The position numbers and the translations under genes are program-made. A DNA stretch of 64,000 nucleotides, taken from the NCBI GenBank assembly GCA_963695435.1, contig OY968788.1:54781-118780 (forward strand), written 5' to 3'. Source of the DNA: an uncultured bacterium (lineage in GTDB: Bacteria; Patescibacteriota; Kazan-3B-28). Of the stretch, positions 8,651 through 19,800 are shown one piece after another. Within the stretch, counting starts at the first letter, position 1, and every line of letters starts with the position of its first letter. The notes under the pieces are model-generated. The model was given only the letters and a program-made list of their open reading frames with translations, had not been told where the DNA came from and did not search any database.

Positions 8651-9636
8651 CCGACCAACCCGATTTTCTTTTTGACTTCGGCAAGAGTTGGGTTAGCAAT
8701 GCGGGCAGCTTTGGCAGCGCCCGTTTTTAGGATTCGGTCGAGGAGACGGCGATTTTTCATGTAATGGTCGATTTTTTTCTGGATAGGCGCAAGAGAGGTG
8801 ACGACTAATTCAGCCAGCTCTTTTTTGAAATCGCCGTATCCTTTGCCCGCAAAATATTTTTCGATTTGGGACTCGGTTTTGCCCGAAAGCATTTGGTAGA
8901 TGGTGAGGAGATTGTACAATCCTTCCCGCTTAGGGTCGAATTTGATTGTACTGCCAGAATCGGTGACGGCTCGCATAATTTTTTTGCGGATAATTTCGGG
9001 GCTGTCGGTCAGGGCGATGTAACTCCCCGCAAGGTCGCTCTTACTCATTTTTCTACTCGGATTATCCAATGCCATAATGCGGGCACCAGTTTTGCCAATG
9101 ACGGGCTCGGGGACAATAAAAGTTTTTCCGAAACGATTGTTGAATCTCTCTGCTAGGTTGCGTGCCAGCTCAACATGCTGTTTTTGATCTTCGCCGACAG
9201 GAACGACTCCCGCTTGGTACAATAGAATGTCAGCGGCCATCAGCACGGGATAATCAAACAGTCCCACGGAAGTGTTGTCGGCGTTGCCCTTTTGAGACTT
9301 GTCTTTGTATTGAGTCATACGGGAAAGTTCGCCCATATGAGCGATGGTGTTAAGAACCCAAGCCAGCTCGGTGTGGGCGGGGACAGAAGATTGGGCGAAG
9401 ATAATAGATTTCCTGGGATCGATCCCGGAAGCTAGATAGATTGCTGTATTCAGGTAGGTACTCTCGGCTAATTCTTTCGGATCCTGTGGGACAGTAATGG
9501 CATGGAGGTCAACCACGCAAAAGATACTCTCATATTTGTGTTGAATTTCCACCCAAGGCAGGATTGCTCCGAGGTAATTACCAATGTGGATTACTCCGCT
9601 GGGTTGGATACCTGAAAAGGCGCGCTTCTTGGTCAT
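8647..9636 (-). CDS. trpS: Tryptophan--tRNA ligase
   Basis: The class I motifs HIGN (HIGH-like) and KMSKS are present in a TrpS-type architecture. Confidence 0.9.
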   Translation of the reverse strand: MTKKRAFSGIQPSGVIHIGNYLGAILPWVEIQHKYESIFCVVDLHAITVPQDPKELAESTYLNTAIYLASGIDPRKSIIFAQSSVPAHTELAWVLNTIAHMGELSRMTQYKDKSQKGNADNTSVGLFDYPVLMAADILLYQAGVVPVGEDQKQHVELARNLAERFNNRFGKTFIVPEPVIGKTGARIMALDNPSRKMSKSDLAGSYIALTDSPEIIRKKIMRAVTDSGSTIKFDPKREGLYNLLTIYQMLSGKTESQIEKYFAGKGYGDFKKELAELVVTSLAPIQKKIDHYMKNRRLLDRILKTGAAKAARIANPTLAEVKKKIGLVG

Positions 9637-9667
9637 AGATTGTGATAGTTAGTATCTTCAAGATAAC

Positions 9668-10600
9668 ATGAAAGTAATGGGCAAAAAACTGACGGGGGGA
9701 CGAGTAAGGCAACGATTGATACCCTTGGTTTTTTTTGGAGCTGATTACTCGGCTCGTGGGCGGACTCTAACGATACCGCAACTTCGCCGCTACGGTTGGC
9801 AGAGGGATTGGTCGTTTGAGGAGATAAAGGAAGCTCTGCAGGAGTTGGATTTGCCGAGTGTCGAAGGAACCTATTATTGGGGTGACCCGCGAAGTCGCCA
9901 GAGCGGTAATCCCGAGTTGGCTAAGAAATTCTGGCGGATGGCGAGAAAAAAAGTAAATTTATTCAGATGGATCCCCTTCGTCAAATTGGTAGGAGTGATG
10001 AACAGTTTGTCTCACGACAATGTTGGGAGGGATTCCGACATAGATTTCTTTATTGTGGCGAGGGAGGGGAGGATATGGACGGTGAGAGCAATAACATTGT
10101 GGCTTTTGAGGTTTCTTGGGTGGCGGGCAGGAAGACAAAAATATTTGAAAATTTCACCCGATTTGTTTTTGAGCGAGGACGGGATGGATTTATCCCAGGC
10201 CGGAATCCCCAACGATTATTTGCTGGCGTATTGGGCGTGCGATTTTATTCCGGTATACAAAGCGGAATTCTTTAGAAAGTTTTGGCAGGCAAATGCGTGG
10301 CTAAAAACGACCTTGCCTGTGGCGTATCGTTCACCCCAATACCGTCCGGAGGTGGAAGTGGGGGGCGGGTCACTTCGTTCCATCCTTTTGGTTGAAAAAA
10401 TGTTTGGTGGGAAATGGGGAGATAATATAGAAGCCAAGCTAAAACAAAAGCAATTGGGTATTATTGATAGGAATGTGAAGAAGCTCGGGCAGAACCCGTT
10501 AGCGCTGGCGAACGACAGAATAGTAAAGATCCATTTTGGCGATGACAAAAGATATCATCTTAGGGCAGTGGTGGAAGAGTTCTTGGCTGAAGAGGTTTGA
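9668..10600 (+). CDS. Pol-beta-superfamily nucleotidyltransferase-domain protein of unknown function
   Basis: The motif NSLSHDNVGRDSDIDFFIV fits the [GS]S..G..SD[IV]D minimal nucleotidyltransferase signature. The remainder has no recognisable domain. Confidence 0.5.
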   Translation: MKVMGKKLTGGRVRQRLIPLVFFGADYSARGRTLTIPQLRRYGWQRDWSFEEIKEALQELDLPSVEGTYYWGDPRSRQSGNPELAKKFWRMARKKVNLFRWIPFVKLVGVMNSLSHDNVGRDSDIDFFIVAREGRIWTVRAITLWLLRFLGWRAGRQKYLKISPDLFLSEDGMDLSQAGIPNDYLLAYWACDFIPVYKAEFFRKFWQANAWLKTTLPVAYRSPQYRPEVEVGGGSLRSILLVEKMFGGKWGDNIEAKLKQKQLGIIDRNVKKLGQNPLALANDRIVKIHFGDDKRYHLRAVVEEFLAEEV

Positions 10601-11867
10601 GCAGGGGGTTTTGTGGTTGACGGTTTTTATGCTGCCCTGGCAATTGCGGCATACTTTTTGCTTCGCGAGTTACGGCGGAAATTACTTTGAGTATTCTTCG
10701 ATCCAGTTGTACGCTACCGATCTTTTGATCGTTGTTTTGTTGGTTCTTTGGATTCTGCGCTGGCCGAAACTGCAGTTACCTGCCAAATGGGTTTGGCAGC
10801 CCTTGGTTCTCTGGCTGGTTTGGATAACAGTTTCCGGTTGGTACGGGTTGGACTGGCAGAATAGCTTACAACAGTCGGTTCATTACTGGCTGATGTTCGG
10901 GTGGCTTCTGTACCTATTTAATAATGTGAAAGATTTGAGGCAGATATTTTGGCCATTTGTTTGGGGAGTGGCGCTTCAGGCAGTTTGGGGGATAGCGCAG
11001 TTTATAGGGAATCATGATTTGGGAATGCAGATTTTGGGTGAGTCGCCATTGGGGCCAAATCAAGGTGGAGTAGCGGTCGTGGGGGACGAAGCGCATCGGC
11101 AAATCAGAGCGCAGGGGTTGTTGCCGCATCCAAATATGTTGGGAGGATTATTGGTATTTTCTATTTTGCCACTGGTTCAGCTGTATCGTGACGCAAGTAA
11201 AAAACAAAAGTACTGGTTGTTAGCGGTTGCGGGGTTGGTGGGGGTGGCATTAGTGTTGTCATTTTCACGGACGAGCTGGGTAGTCGCGCTAATAATAATG
11301 TTGGTGATGGTTTTGGTTGCGATATTTAGAAAACGCGAAAGGTTTATTTGGCTCCCATTAGTAGCTTTGCTTTTGGGGGCAGGGGTAGCTGTGGGGTGGC
11401 AGTGGTCAAATGTGACAGGGAGATTTTCGACCGAATCACGGCTGGAACAAAAATCGGTGGAGGATAGGGTGGGGAGCCTGGGTGATTGGGGAAAAATTAT
11501 TAGCGGTCACGAATTTGCGGGGGTGGGTACTGGCAACTATACTCAAGCACTAATACAACTGAAGCCAAACCAGAAAGTCTGGACTTACAAACCAATACAC
11601 GATATCTATTTGCTGATAACAGCAGAAACGGGAGCGGTGGGGTTAGCGATCTGGCTATGGATGATGTTTGTGGTTGGGTGGCTTTGGCTCAAGCTTATTA
11701 GGCAGAACTGGGCAAATTGGTGGCTGGGGCTGCCGTTAATTGGGATATTGGGGGCGGGGGTAGTAGATCATTGGGCGGTATCTTTTCAGCAAGGAAGGTT
11801 GTTGTTCTTTCTGGCTCTGGCATTGATTATTTTAGAATCTAAGGTATTATTGGAGCGACAGGAGTAA
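10542..11867 (+). CDS. O-antigen ligase/Wzy_C-family polytopic membrane protein
   Basis: About 10 transmembrane segments are predicted. The loop SFSRTSWVVALI is typical of Wzy_C/WaaL. The start is uncertain: an ATG at 10542 overlaps the upstream gene by 59 nt, and a TTG near 10611 has an AGGGGG ribosome-binding site. Confidence 0.6.
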   Translation: MTKDIILGQWWKSSWLKRFEQGVLWLTVFMLPWQLRHTFCFASYGGNYFEYSSIQLYATDLLIVVLLVLWILRWPKLQLPAKWVWQPLVLWLVWITVSGWYGLDWQNSLQQSVHYWLMFGWLLYLFNNVKDLRQIFWPFVWGVALQAVWGIAQFIGNHDLGMQILGESPLGPNQGGVAVVGDEAHRQIRAQGLLPHPNMLGGLLVFSILPLVQLYRDASKKQKYWLLAVAGLVGVALVLSFSRTSWVVALIIMLVMVLVAIFRKRERFIWLPLVALLLGAGVAVGWQWSNVTGRFSTESRLEQKSVEDRVGSLGDWGKIISGHEFAGVGTGNYTQALIQLKPNQKVWTYKPIHDIYLLITAETGAVGLAIWLWMMFVVGWLWLKLIRQNWANWWLGLPLIGILGAGVVDHWAVSFQQGRLLFFLALALIILESKVLLERQE

Positions 11868-11878
11868 TTTCTAATCTT

Positions 11879-12277
11879 ATGGAAGAACAAGAACCAATTA
11901 GAGAAGTCTTGCCGCAGCCGGTTCACAGCGGGAATTTGAGCAGTGAGGATAAGGTCTTTGCGGCATTGTCGTATGTTTCGATAATGTTTATTATTCCGCT
12001 GATTTTGCGGCACGATCAAGAGGATGTTTACTTTCATGCTCGGCAGGGGATGGTGTTGTTTGGCGCGGAGGTAGTCGTCTGGTTTCTATTGTTTATGCTG
12101 GAATCTTTTGTGGTAGCGCTGATGCCAAGCAATAGCTTGGGGCTTGTGGCGATTTTGGGGGCAGCGGCTTGGATATTGTTCGTGGGGCTAAGCATTGTTG
12201 GGATTTACTTTATCTTTCGCAATAAGCGGTGGGAAATGCCGGTATTAGGGAAGATTGCCAAGAAGATTGAAGTTTAA
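11879..12277 (+). CDS. DUF4870-family small membrane protein
   Basis: The sequence AALSYVSIMFIIPLIL...DVYFHARQG matches the DUF4870 pattern. There are 3-4 transmembrane helices. Confidence 0.6.
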   Translation: MEEQEPIREVLPQPVHSGNLSSEDKVFAALSYVSIMFIIPLILRHDQEDVYFHARQGMVLFGAEVVVWFLLFMLESFVVALMPSNSLGLVAILGAAAWILFVGLSIVGIYFIFRNKRWEMPVLGKIAKKIEV

Positions 12278-12293
12278 GTAGACTAACGAACAG

Positions 12294-12369
12294 GGGCCGT
12301 TGGCTCAGTTGGTAGAGCGCCTCCATGGCATGGAGGAGGTCACCGGTTCGAATCCGGTACGGTCCACCA
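12294..12369 (+). tRNA. tRNA-Ala (anticodon GGC)
   Basis: A G3:U70 identity pair lies in the acceptor stem gggccgt/acggtcc. The anticodon loop is auGGCau. CCA is encoded. Confidence 0.85.
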
Positions 12370-12502
12370 GTCTTCGCTACCTTACGGTAGCTACGCCTGG
12401 CTTACGCCATTCTACTTTCTACTAGAATGACTAAGTCTGGCTGATGACAAATATAAAAAATAAAAGCGAAGACTGCCCTGCATAGCTCGGAGAGCGAAGC
12501 AC

Positions 12503-12547
12503 GGGCAAAACAAAATTGCCCTTGTGAGGCAATTTTGTCGTTTTAGA
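12503..12547. terminator. Bidirectional rho-independent terminator hairpin
   Basis: The stem caaaattgcc/ggcaattttg with loop cttgtga is T-rich on both sides. It lies between tRNA-Ala and the convergent surface-protein gene. Confidence 0.6.
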
Positions 12548-12562
12548 ATTGTTAGTTAGTTT

Positions 12563-13657
12563 CTATCTTTTTATCAGACTGACGTTGGCATAACTTTGCT
12601 TGGTTATTCCATCGCTGGTAGCTGTGGCGTTAATTAATACAGACCAAGCGTTGTGGGTTTTGTCGTTAAAGCTAAATGTAACCGGAACACTGCTAATACC
12701 ATCTGCTCCCGTTGTGGGTGTCCCAAACTTTACACTTACCCAAGGAGGAGTTGCGTTATTTTTTGCCCAGCTGAAATCTACTCCTTGCGTTATTATTTTT
12801 CCGGATATATCAAGAGCTTTGGCTGTAAAGGTATAAGTTCTTCCAGAAAAGTAGGTGCCGACTGCAGGTGCCACTACAACACTATTTAATGCCGGTCGTT
12901 GGGGGTCAACCGCAACATATTTGGCGGTTGATACAGTTGTTCCACGGTAGGTAGCATCAAGAAATACAATAAAGTAGCCACCGTAAGCTCCCGTATTGAT
13001 TCCTATAAATTTTACCCAAGGCTTAATGCCTTGCGGGTCGTGGAAAGTAGCGGTAGCGGTGACATTTTGAATTCTCCACTTGTATTCGACTTGGGCATTG
13101 TCGAGGGCAGCACCCGTAGTGTCTAATGCTTTGGCAGTAAGAACCAAACCCCCGACTGTGGGCTTGCGGTCGAAGCTAATTTGAGCGGAAGCAATTTGTT
13201 TGGCTGGAGCAACTCGAATCACGGCTATAGAAGTCTTGTCGGTGTTACCGAAACTGGCTGTAACTTTCAAAATACTCCATCCACCGTTATTTGGAGCGGA
13301 AACTGCTGTCAGGCGGACTTGATTTGATGAATTGGAACTTATGCTGGTTTTAACTCCCACACCACTGCCCGTATCATCAGTGACCCACTTATAGGTAACG
13401 GCGCCAGATGCAGAAACACCTTTTGGAATGGCGGTGAAGTAAGTACTCTGTCCTTCTGATAATTGAGCGCTAGGTGGGCTAGTTTCTACCGAACTTAAAA
13501 CATTGCCGGTCTGTGTGCCGGCTTCTGTGCTGAAGATATCGTTCTTTGCGACGTACCAGCCAAGTAGGCCGATAACTATGACAGCGGCAACTACAAACAT
13601 CCAACTAGGGATAGTTAGTTGCTTTTGTCTCTTGCGAGAGACTCTTCTTTTTTTCAT
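12563..13657 (-). CDS. Cell-surface protein with an N-terminal transmembrane anchor and Ig-like/Big-type beta-sandwich repeats
   Basis: The start is chosen at MKKRRVSRKRQ. One transmembrane segment is followed by Ser/Thr/Gly-rich repeated beta-strand modules. Confidence 0.45.
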   Translation of the reverse strand: MKKRRVSRKRQKQLTIPSWMFVVAAVIVIGLLGWYVAKNDIFSTEAGTQTGNVLSSVETSPPSAQLSEGQSTYFTAIPKGVSASGAVTYKWVTDDTGSGVGVKTSISSNSSNQVRLTAVSAPNNGGWSILKVTASFGNTDKTSIAVIRVAPAKQIASAQISFDRKPTVGGLVLTAKALDTTGAALDNAQVEYKWRIQNVTATATFHDPQGIKPWVKFIGINTGAYGGYFIVFLDATYRGTTVSTAKYVAVDPQRPALNSVVVAPAVGTYFSGRTYTFTAKALDISGKIITQGVDFSWAKNNATPPWVSVKFGTPTTGADGISSVPVTFSFNDKTHNAWSVLINATATSDGITKQSYANVSLIKR

Positions 13658-13777
13658 TACTTTAAGTTGATTAATAAATATAGAAGGTGCAAGAGATAAA
13701 TACACCTGAATTATACCTTAGTTTATTGCAAAGATTGCAAGGTTAGGGGGTGAGCGGGTTTTTGTTATGATATACCC

Positions 13778-16147
13778 GTGGCAGAAGAAAAATACGATCA
13801 CAAACTGATTGAGCCGAAATGGCAAAAATACTGGGCAGATAACCAGATTTTTAAGGCGATTGATGGGGACAAAAAAGCGAAGTATTACGCTTTGGATATG
13901 TTTGCCTACCCATCAGGAGATGGGTTGCACACAGGGCACCCTAGAAGCTACACGGCGACTGATATTTTTGCGCGCTACTATCGGATGAAGGGCTACAATG
14001 TGATGCGGCCAATTGGGTGGGATGCGTTTGGGCTCCCTGCGGAAAACTATGCGATCAAAAAAGGTGTACATCCAAGTAAGACTACTGCGGACAATATTGC
14101 GAACTTTACTCGACAGGTAAAGTCGTTTGGTTTTGCCTACGATTGGGGCAGGGAGGTGAATACTGCCGATCCAAATTATTACAAATGGACGCAGTGGGTT
14201 TTTAAAGTTTTGTATGACAACGGATTGGCTTATCAAAAAGAGGCGTATGCCAACTGGTGTCCAAAAGACCAAACAGTACTTGCCAACGAGCAGGTGGTGA
14301 ATGGTTGTTGCGATCGGTGCGGGGCACAAGTGGAACAAAAGAAACTGAAGCAGTGGTTTTTCAAAATCACAGATTTCGCTGAAGAGCTTTTGGCAGGACT
14401 GGATAAAATCGACTGGCCTGAATCCACAAAGACGGGACAGCGAAACTGGATTGGAAAAAGTGAAGGAGCGGAAATCGCATTCGCGATTAGCGGGTCAGCG
14501 GGTCAGCAGGTCAGCGGGTCAGAAATTAGAGTGTTTACGACTAGGCCGGATACATTGTTTGGGGCGACTTACTTAGTATTGGCGCCGGAGCATGAATTAG
14601 TAGAGAAGCTCACGACTGCGGAGCAGAAAAAGGCGGTTGAAAAATATGTAGCCGACACCAAGTTAAAGACCCATTTGGATAGAACGATGGCGAAGGATAA
14701 GACAGGCGTGTTTACGGGCAGTTTTGCTATCAACCCGGCGACTAAAAAAGAAATTCCAATTTGGATAGCCGATTATGTTCTGACCGATTATGGCACGGGT
14801 GCGATTATGGCGGTGCCGGCGCATGATGAACGAGATTTTGATTTTGCTAAAGAGTTTAAATTGCCAGTGGTGCAGGTTATTCAATCGGACGAGAAACTTT
14901 ACACGGGGGATGGTTCATTAATGAATTCGGGTGAGTTTGACGGACAAGACTCTAAAACGGCTGGACCAAAGATGGCGAAAAAGTTTGGAGGGGAAATAAC
15001 CGTTCAATATAAATTGCACGATTGGCTGATTTCTCGTCAGCGTTATTGGGGAGCTCCGATTCCAATTGTTTATTCTGCAGACGGGGAGACTCAAAGTGTA
15101 GCGGTGGAAGATTTGCCGGTGATATTGCCCAGTGATGTTGATTTCAAACCAACGGGCGAATCGCCATTGGCGAAGTCTAAAACTTTCCAAACGGGGGTTG
15201 AAGAAAAATACGGCAAGGGCGCCAAAAGGGAACTAGATACAATGGATACTTTCGTTTGTTCGTCATGGTATTATTTGCGTTACTGCGACTCCAAAAACGC
15301 TCAAGAATTTGCGGGTAAAAAATCCTTGAAATACTGGATGCCGGTGGATTTGTATATTGGTGGGGCAGAGCATACCAATGGGCATTTGTTGTATGCAAGA
15401 TTTATTACCAAGGTTTTGCACAAACTCGGTTATTTGGATTTTGATGAGCCGTTTTTGAAACTGCGTCATCAAGGATTGGTGCTTGGAAGTGACGGGGAAA
15501 AAATGAGCAAATCCAGAGGAAATGTGATTAATCCTGACGATTTGATTGAACAATATGGCGCTGACACAGTGCGGATGTATGAAATGTTTATGGGGCCGTT
15601 TGACCAGCCCATTGCTTGGGATACTAATGGGGTGGTGGGAGTACGGAAGTTTTTGGACCGAGTGTACCGAATTATTAGTGAGAGAGCAGGTATAAAAGGA
15701 AAGCAAAATGACAATATCCATGGATTGATAAAGAAGGTGACCGAGGATATCGGGGTGATGAAGTTTAATACGGTAGTGAGTAGCTTTATGGAATTTACCA
15801 ATGAGGTTTCCAAAGACGATAGTAGTAATTGGCTCCCAGACTTTGTGAAACTTTTGAGCCCGTTTGCTCCGCACTTGGCAGAAGAATTATGGCAAGAAGT
15901 TTTAGGTCAGAAGGGTAGTGTCTCAGAAGCTTCATGGCCGGAATTTGATGAAGCCAAAACGAAAGCAAAAACAGTCACTATTGCGGTGCAAGAAAAAGGA
16001 AAACTGCGTGGAACGGTCGAGATGCCAGCAGGGGCGAGTGAGACTGATGTTTTGGTAGAAGTTAATAAAAATGAAAAACTGGCAGGCATCACCAAGGCTA
16101 GTTCCAAACATATTTTTGTGAAGGATAGGATTATTAATTTTATTTAG
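13778..16147 (+). CDS. leuS: Leucine--tRNA ligase
   Basis: It has a GTG start. The sequence PYPSGDGLHTGHPRSYTATD carries the HIGH-region motif HTGH, and KMSKS is present. The editing domain is short. Confidence 0.9.
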   Translation: MAEEKYDHKLIEPKWQKYWADNQIFKAIDGDKKAKYYALDMFAYPSGDGLHTGHPRSYTATDIFARYYRMKGYNVMRPIGWDAFGLPAENYAIKKGVHPSKTTADNIANFTRQVKSFGFAYDWGREVNTADPNYYKWTQWVFKVLYDNGLAYQKEAYANWCPKDQTVLANEQVVNGCCDRCGAQVEQKKLKQWFFKITDFAEELLAGLDKIDWPESTKTGQRNWIGKSEGAEIAFAISGSAGQQVSGSEIRVFTTRPDTLFGATYLVLAPEHELVEKLTTAEQKKAVEKYVADTKLKTHLDRTMAKDKTGVFTGSFAINPATKKEIPIWIADYVLTDYGTGAIMAVPAHDERDFDFAKEFKLPVVQVIQSDEKLYTGDGSLMNSGEFDGQDSKTAGPKMAKKFGGEITVQYKLHDWLISRQRYWGAPIPIVYSADGETQSVAVEDLPVILPSDVDFKPTGESPLAKSKTFQTGVEEKYGKGAKRELDTMDTFVCSSWYYLRYCDSKNAQEFAGKKSLKYWMPVDLYIGGAEHTNGHLLYARFITKVLHKLGYLDFDEPFLKLRHQGLVLGSDGEKMSKSRGNVINPDDLIEQYGADTVRMYEMFMGPFDQPIAWDTNGVVGVRKFLDRVYRIISERAGIKGKQNDNIHGLIKKVTEDIGVMKFNTVVSSFMEFTNEVSKDDSSNWLPDFVKLLSPFAPHLAEELWQEVLGQKGSVSEASWPEFDEAKTKAKTVTIAVQEKGKLRGTVEMPAGASETDVLVEVNKNEKLAGITKASSKHIFVKDRIINFI

Positions 16148-16166
16148 ATTCTGAAACGAGTTCAGA

Positions 16167-16808
16167 ATGACGAGAGAAGCTATGGACGAATTACAGCCAA
16201 GTACTAAAGATACGATTTCGGTTGAAGCCGAATGGAAACGAGTGGAGCAATTGTTGGCATCTAAAGAAGACGCCGCATGGGCAATGGCGGTGGTGGAGGC
16301 GTTTAAGATTTTCCATCAAGTTTTGGATGAAGTAAGTTTTGGTGAGACGGTGGAGGAGCAAATTCACAATGCCGGTGAATTGTTCCGTGATGTTCGGGGG
16401 GTGTTGGCAGCAGAAAAAGTTTATCAGCATATTTTGGGGAAAGTTGGTCATCGGATAACTAAGAGTGACGCCAGCAAAGCCAGTGCAGCATTCTTGCAGG
16501 CGATTTTGGATATGATCGGGCGGGATTGGGAGAGTCGGGGCTGGCTAGACCGGTGGCTTTCGGGGCTAAATTATTTTTGGGGGACTCACCCGAAGGCTTT
16601 GGTGGGATTTTTGGCGGGGATATTGATTTTTGTAGTGCTGGTTTGGTTTTTGGCCGACACAGACCTTGGGAAGTGGGTAGCGGGGTTGATGGTTGGGTTT
16701 GCCCATTTTGTACTGGACAACCCTATCTTATTGATAGCGCTAGGAGCGGCTTTGGTGATTTCGATACTGCTTGGGATGACACTCTCCGGTAGGCGACACA
16801 AGCGGTAG
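16167..16808 (+). CDS. Hypothetical membrane protein
   Basis: An N-terminal soluble part is followed by 3 C-terminal transmembrane helices. No motif is recognised. Confidence 0.4.
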   Translation: MTREAMDELQPSTKDTISVEAEWKRVEQLLASKEDAAWAMAVVEAFKIFHQVLDEVSFGETVEEQIHNAGELFRDVRGVLAAEKVYQHILGKVGHRITKSDASKASAAFLQAILDMIGRDWESRGWLDRWLSGLNYFWGTHPKALVGFLAGILIFVVLVWFLADTDLGKWVAGLMVGFAHFVLDNPILLIALGAALVISILLGMTLSGRRHKR

Positions 16809-16862
16809 CTGATAGAATTAGGGGTACCGTAATACTAACTTCTTGAGCTTAGGGAGGTGAGA

Positions 16863-19800
16863 GTGAAGTTTGTGCATCTGCATTTGCACAGCCATTACAG
16901 CTTGCTCGACGGTCTTACCAAGATCCCGAGTTTAGTGAAGAAAGTGGTTGAGCAAGGGGGAGAGGCAGTGGCTCTGACCGACCACGGGGTTATGTATGGG
17001 GTCATCGAATTCTATAAAGAATGTAAGGCGGCCGGCATCAAGCCGATTATCGGAAACGAAGTTTATGTAACGGCGGGGAAAATGTCGGATCGCGAAGCAA
17101 CCAGAGGTGAGCGAAATTATTTTCATTTGACGCTGCTCGCTAAAGACTTGGAGGGATATCGGAATTTGATGAAGCTGACGACCGAGGCGCACCTGCGGGG
17201 GTTTTACTATAAACCGCGAGTGGATCACGAAACGCTGGAAAAATATGCTGGTGGGTTGGTGGTAATGTCGGGATGTCTGAAGGGCGAAATATCGCAAGCG
17301 ATTATTGCTAATAATTTAGATAAAGCCAAAACTTTGGCACTGTGGCATAAAAAGGTGTTTGGTGACGATTTTTATTTGGAGATGCAAAGCCACCCCAATA
17401 TTCCTGAACAGCAGAGGGTGAATGATGGGCTGATTGCCTTATCTCAAGAATTGAATATCCCTTTAGTCGCAACTACTGACTCTCATTACTTGGACATAGA
17501 TGACGCAGAGGCACATGATGCTTTGCTCTGTGTCCAGACGGCGACTCGAGTGGCTGATACCAATCGAATGTCGATGATGAACGAACATTTTCATGTGAGT
17601 AGCCCGGAGGAAGTTATTGAGGCGTTCAGCCATGTCCCGGAGGCGATTGAGAATACGGTAAAAATTGCTGAAAAATGTAATTTGGAAATCCCGATGGGAA
17701 AATTAGTGTTCCCGAACTTTGTCCCACCGGACGGTAAGACGATTGACGATTATTTTGCCGAACAAGTTGAGATTGGCTTAAAGATAAAGTTTGGCGATAC
17801 CGTCCCCGCTGATGTGCGCGAACGGATGGATTATGAAATATCGGTAATCGCGCAAATGGGATACAAGGGCTACATGCTAACGGTGGCTGATTTTGTGAAT
17901 TGGGCAAAAGATCAGGGCATCGTAGTTGGGCCGGGACGCGGGAGCGCCGCGGGCAGTATGGTGTCGTATATTTTGCGAATTACCGAAGTGAACCCCTTGG
18001 AGCACGGATTACTGTTTGAACGGTTTTTGAACCCAGAGCGGGTGTCGATGCCGGATATTGATTTGGATTTTGCCGATGATCGCAGGGCGGAAGTGATTGA
18101 ATATGTCAGACAAAAATATGGCAACGAGAAGGTGGCGCAGATCATCACTTTTGGGACGATGGCATCGCGTGCGGCAGTGCGGGATGTTGGACGGGTTTTG
18201 GGGATGCCATACAACGAAGTGGACAGAATTGCCAAACTCATCCCTCCTCCGCAGCAGGGGAAATTTACGCCACTAATCAAACATATCGAGGAGGTGGCTG
18301 ACCTAAAAGCAATGTATGCCGAAAGCGAATCGGTAAAGAAATTGCTGGATTTATCGATGAAATTGGAAGGGACGATTCGGCACGCATCGGTTCACGCGGC
18401 AGGAGTGGTGATTGGGGATAGAGAACTCACTTACTACATGCCACTGCAATACTCGCCTTCGGACGACAAAATTTTGGTGAGTCAATATTCGATGTATCCC
18501 TTAGAATCACTTGGTTTATTGAAAATGGACTTTTTGGGTTTGAAGAACCTGACGATTATTAAGAACGCTTTGAGGATTATTCGAAAAGTTCACGGCGTAG
18601 AGGTTGATGTGACGAAGTTGCCGTTTGATGACAAAAAAACTTTTGAGCTGCTGGCGGCTGCCAATACTACTGGGGTGTTTCAGTTGGAAGGCGAGGGGAT
18701 GCGGAAAAACTTGAAAGAGCTTCGGCCAACCGTGTTTGGGGACATTGCGGCTATGGTGGCTCTGTATCGACCGGGGCCGATTCAGTTTTTGCCAGACTTT
18801 ATTGCCAGAAAACGGGGGCAGAAAAAGATTGAGTATATCCACCCCAAGCTTGAGCCGATTTTGAAAGATACTTACGGGATTGCTGTCTACCAAGAACAGG
18901 TGCTCCAGATCGCTCGGGATTTGTGTGGGTTTACTTTGGGGGAGGCAGATGTTCTGCGCAAAGCGATTGGGAAAAAGAATGTCAAACTGCTCAACGAACA
19001 GAAGGAAAAATTCATTGCCGGCGGGGTGGCACATGGAGTTCGCCCAGACATTGCCGAACAACTGTTTCATTTTGTTGAACCGTTCGCGTTATATGGGTTT
19101 AACCGAGCCCACTCGGTGAGCTACGCGGTAATTGCGTATTGGACGGCTTATTTGAAGGCGCATTTCCCCAATGCTTTTATGGCGGCATTGATGACATCGG
19201 ATCAGCAGGACTTAGACAAGATTGCTACGAATATTGCCGAATGTGAGCATATGAAAATTCGGGTCTTGCCACCGTCGGTAAACAAAAGTTTTACCGGCTT
19301 TGCCGTAGTAAAAGAAACTGGCGATATTGTTTTTGGGCTAAACGCGGTAAAAAATGTAGGGCAAAAAGTGTCGGATATGATTGTAGAAGAACGGCAGAAA
19401 AATGGCTTGTACCAGGACTTGGCAGATTTTGTAAAACGGGCGGGGAGGGAAGCGATTAACCGTAAGACAATGGAAAGCTTGATTCTGGCGGGAGCGCTTG
19501 ATGATTTTGGAGACAGAAAAACTTTGTTTAGCAATATTGATTCGATCCTGAATTTTTCCACAGAGCATCAACGGCAAGCTAACTCGAACCAGCTGGGGAT
19601 GTTTGGGGCGGCTGAAAAAGCGACTCGGCAAACTATTCAACTTTCTCAAATCGAAGAAGCGACTGACCAAGAAAAATTGGCGTGGGAAAAAGAGTATCTA
19701 GGGACTTTTGTTTCGAGACATCCCCTAAAGGAGATAATGCCGAAGTTGTCCGGTATCGTGAGATCAACAACGACGCTTTCGGGAGCGGATGACGGGCGGG

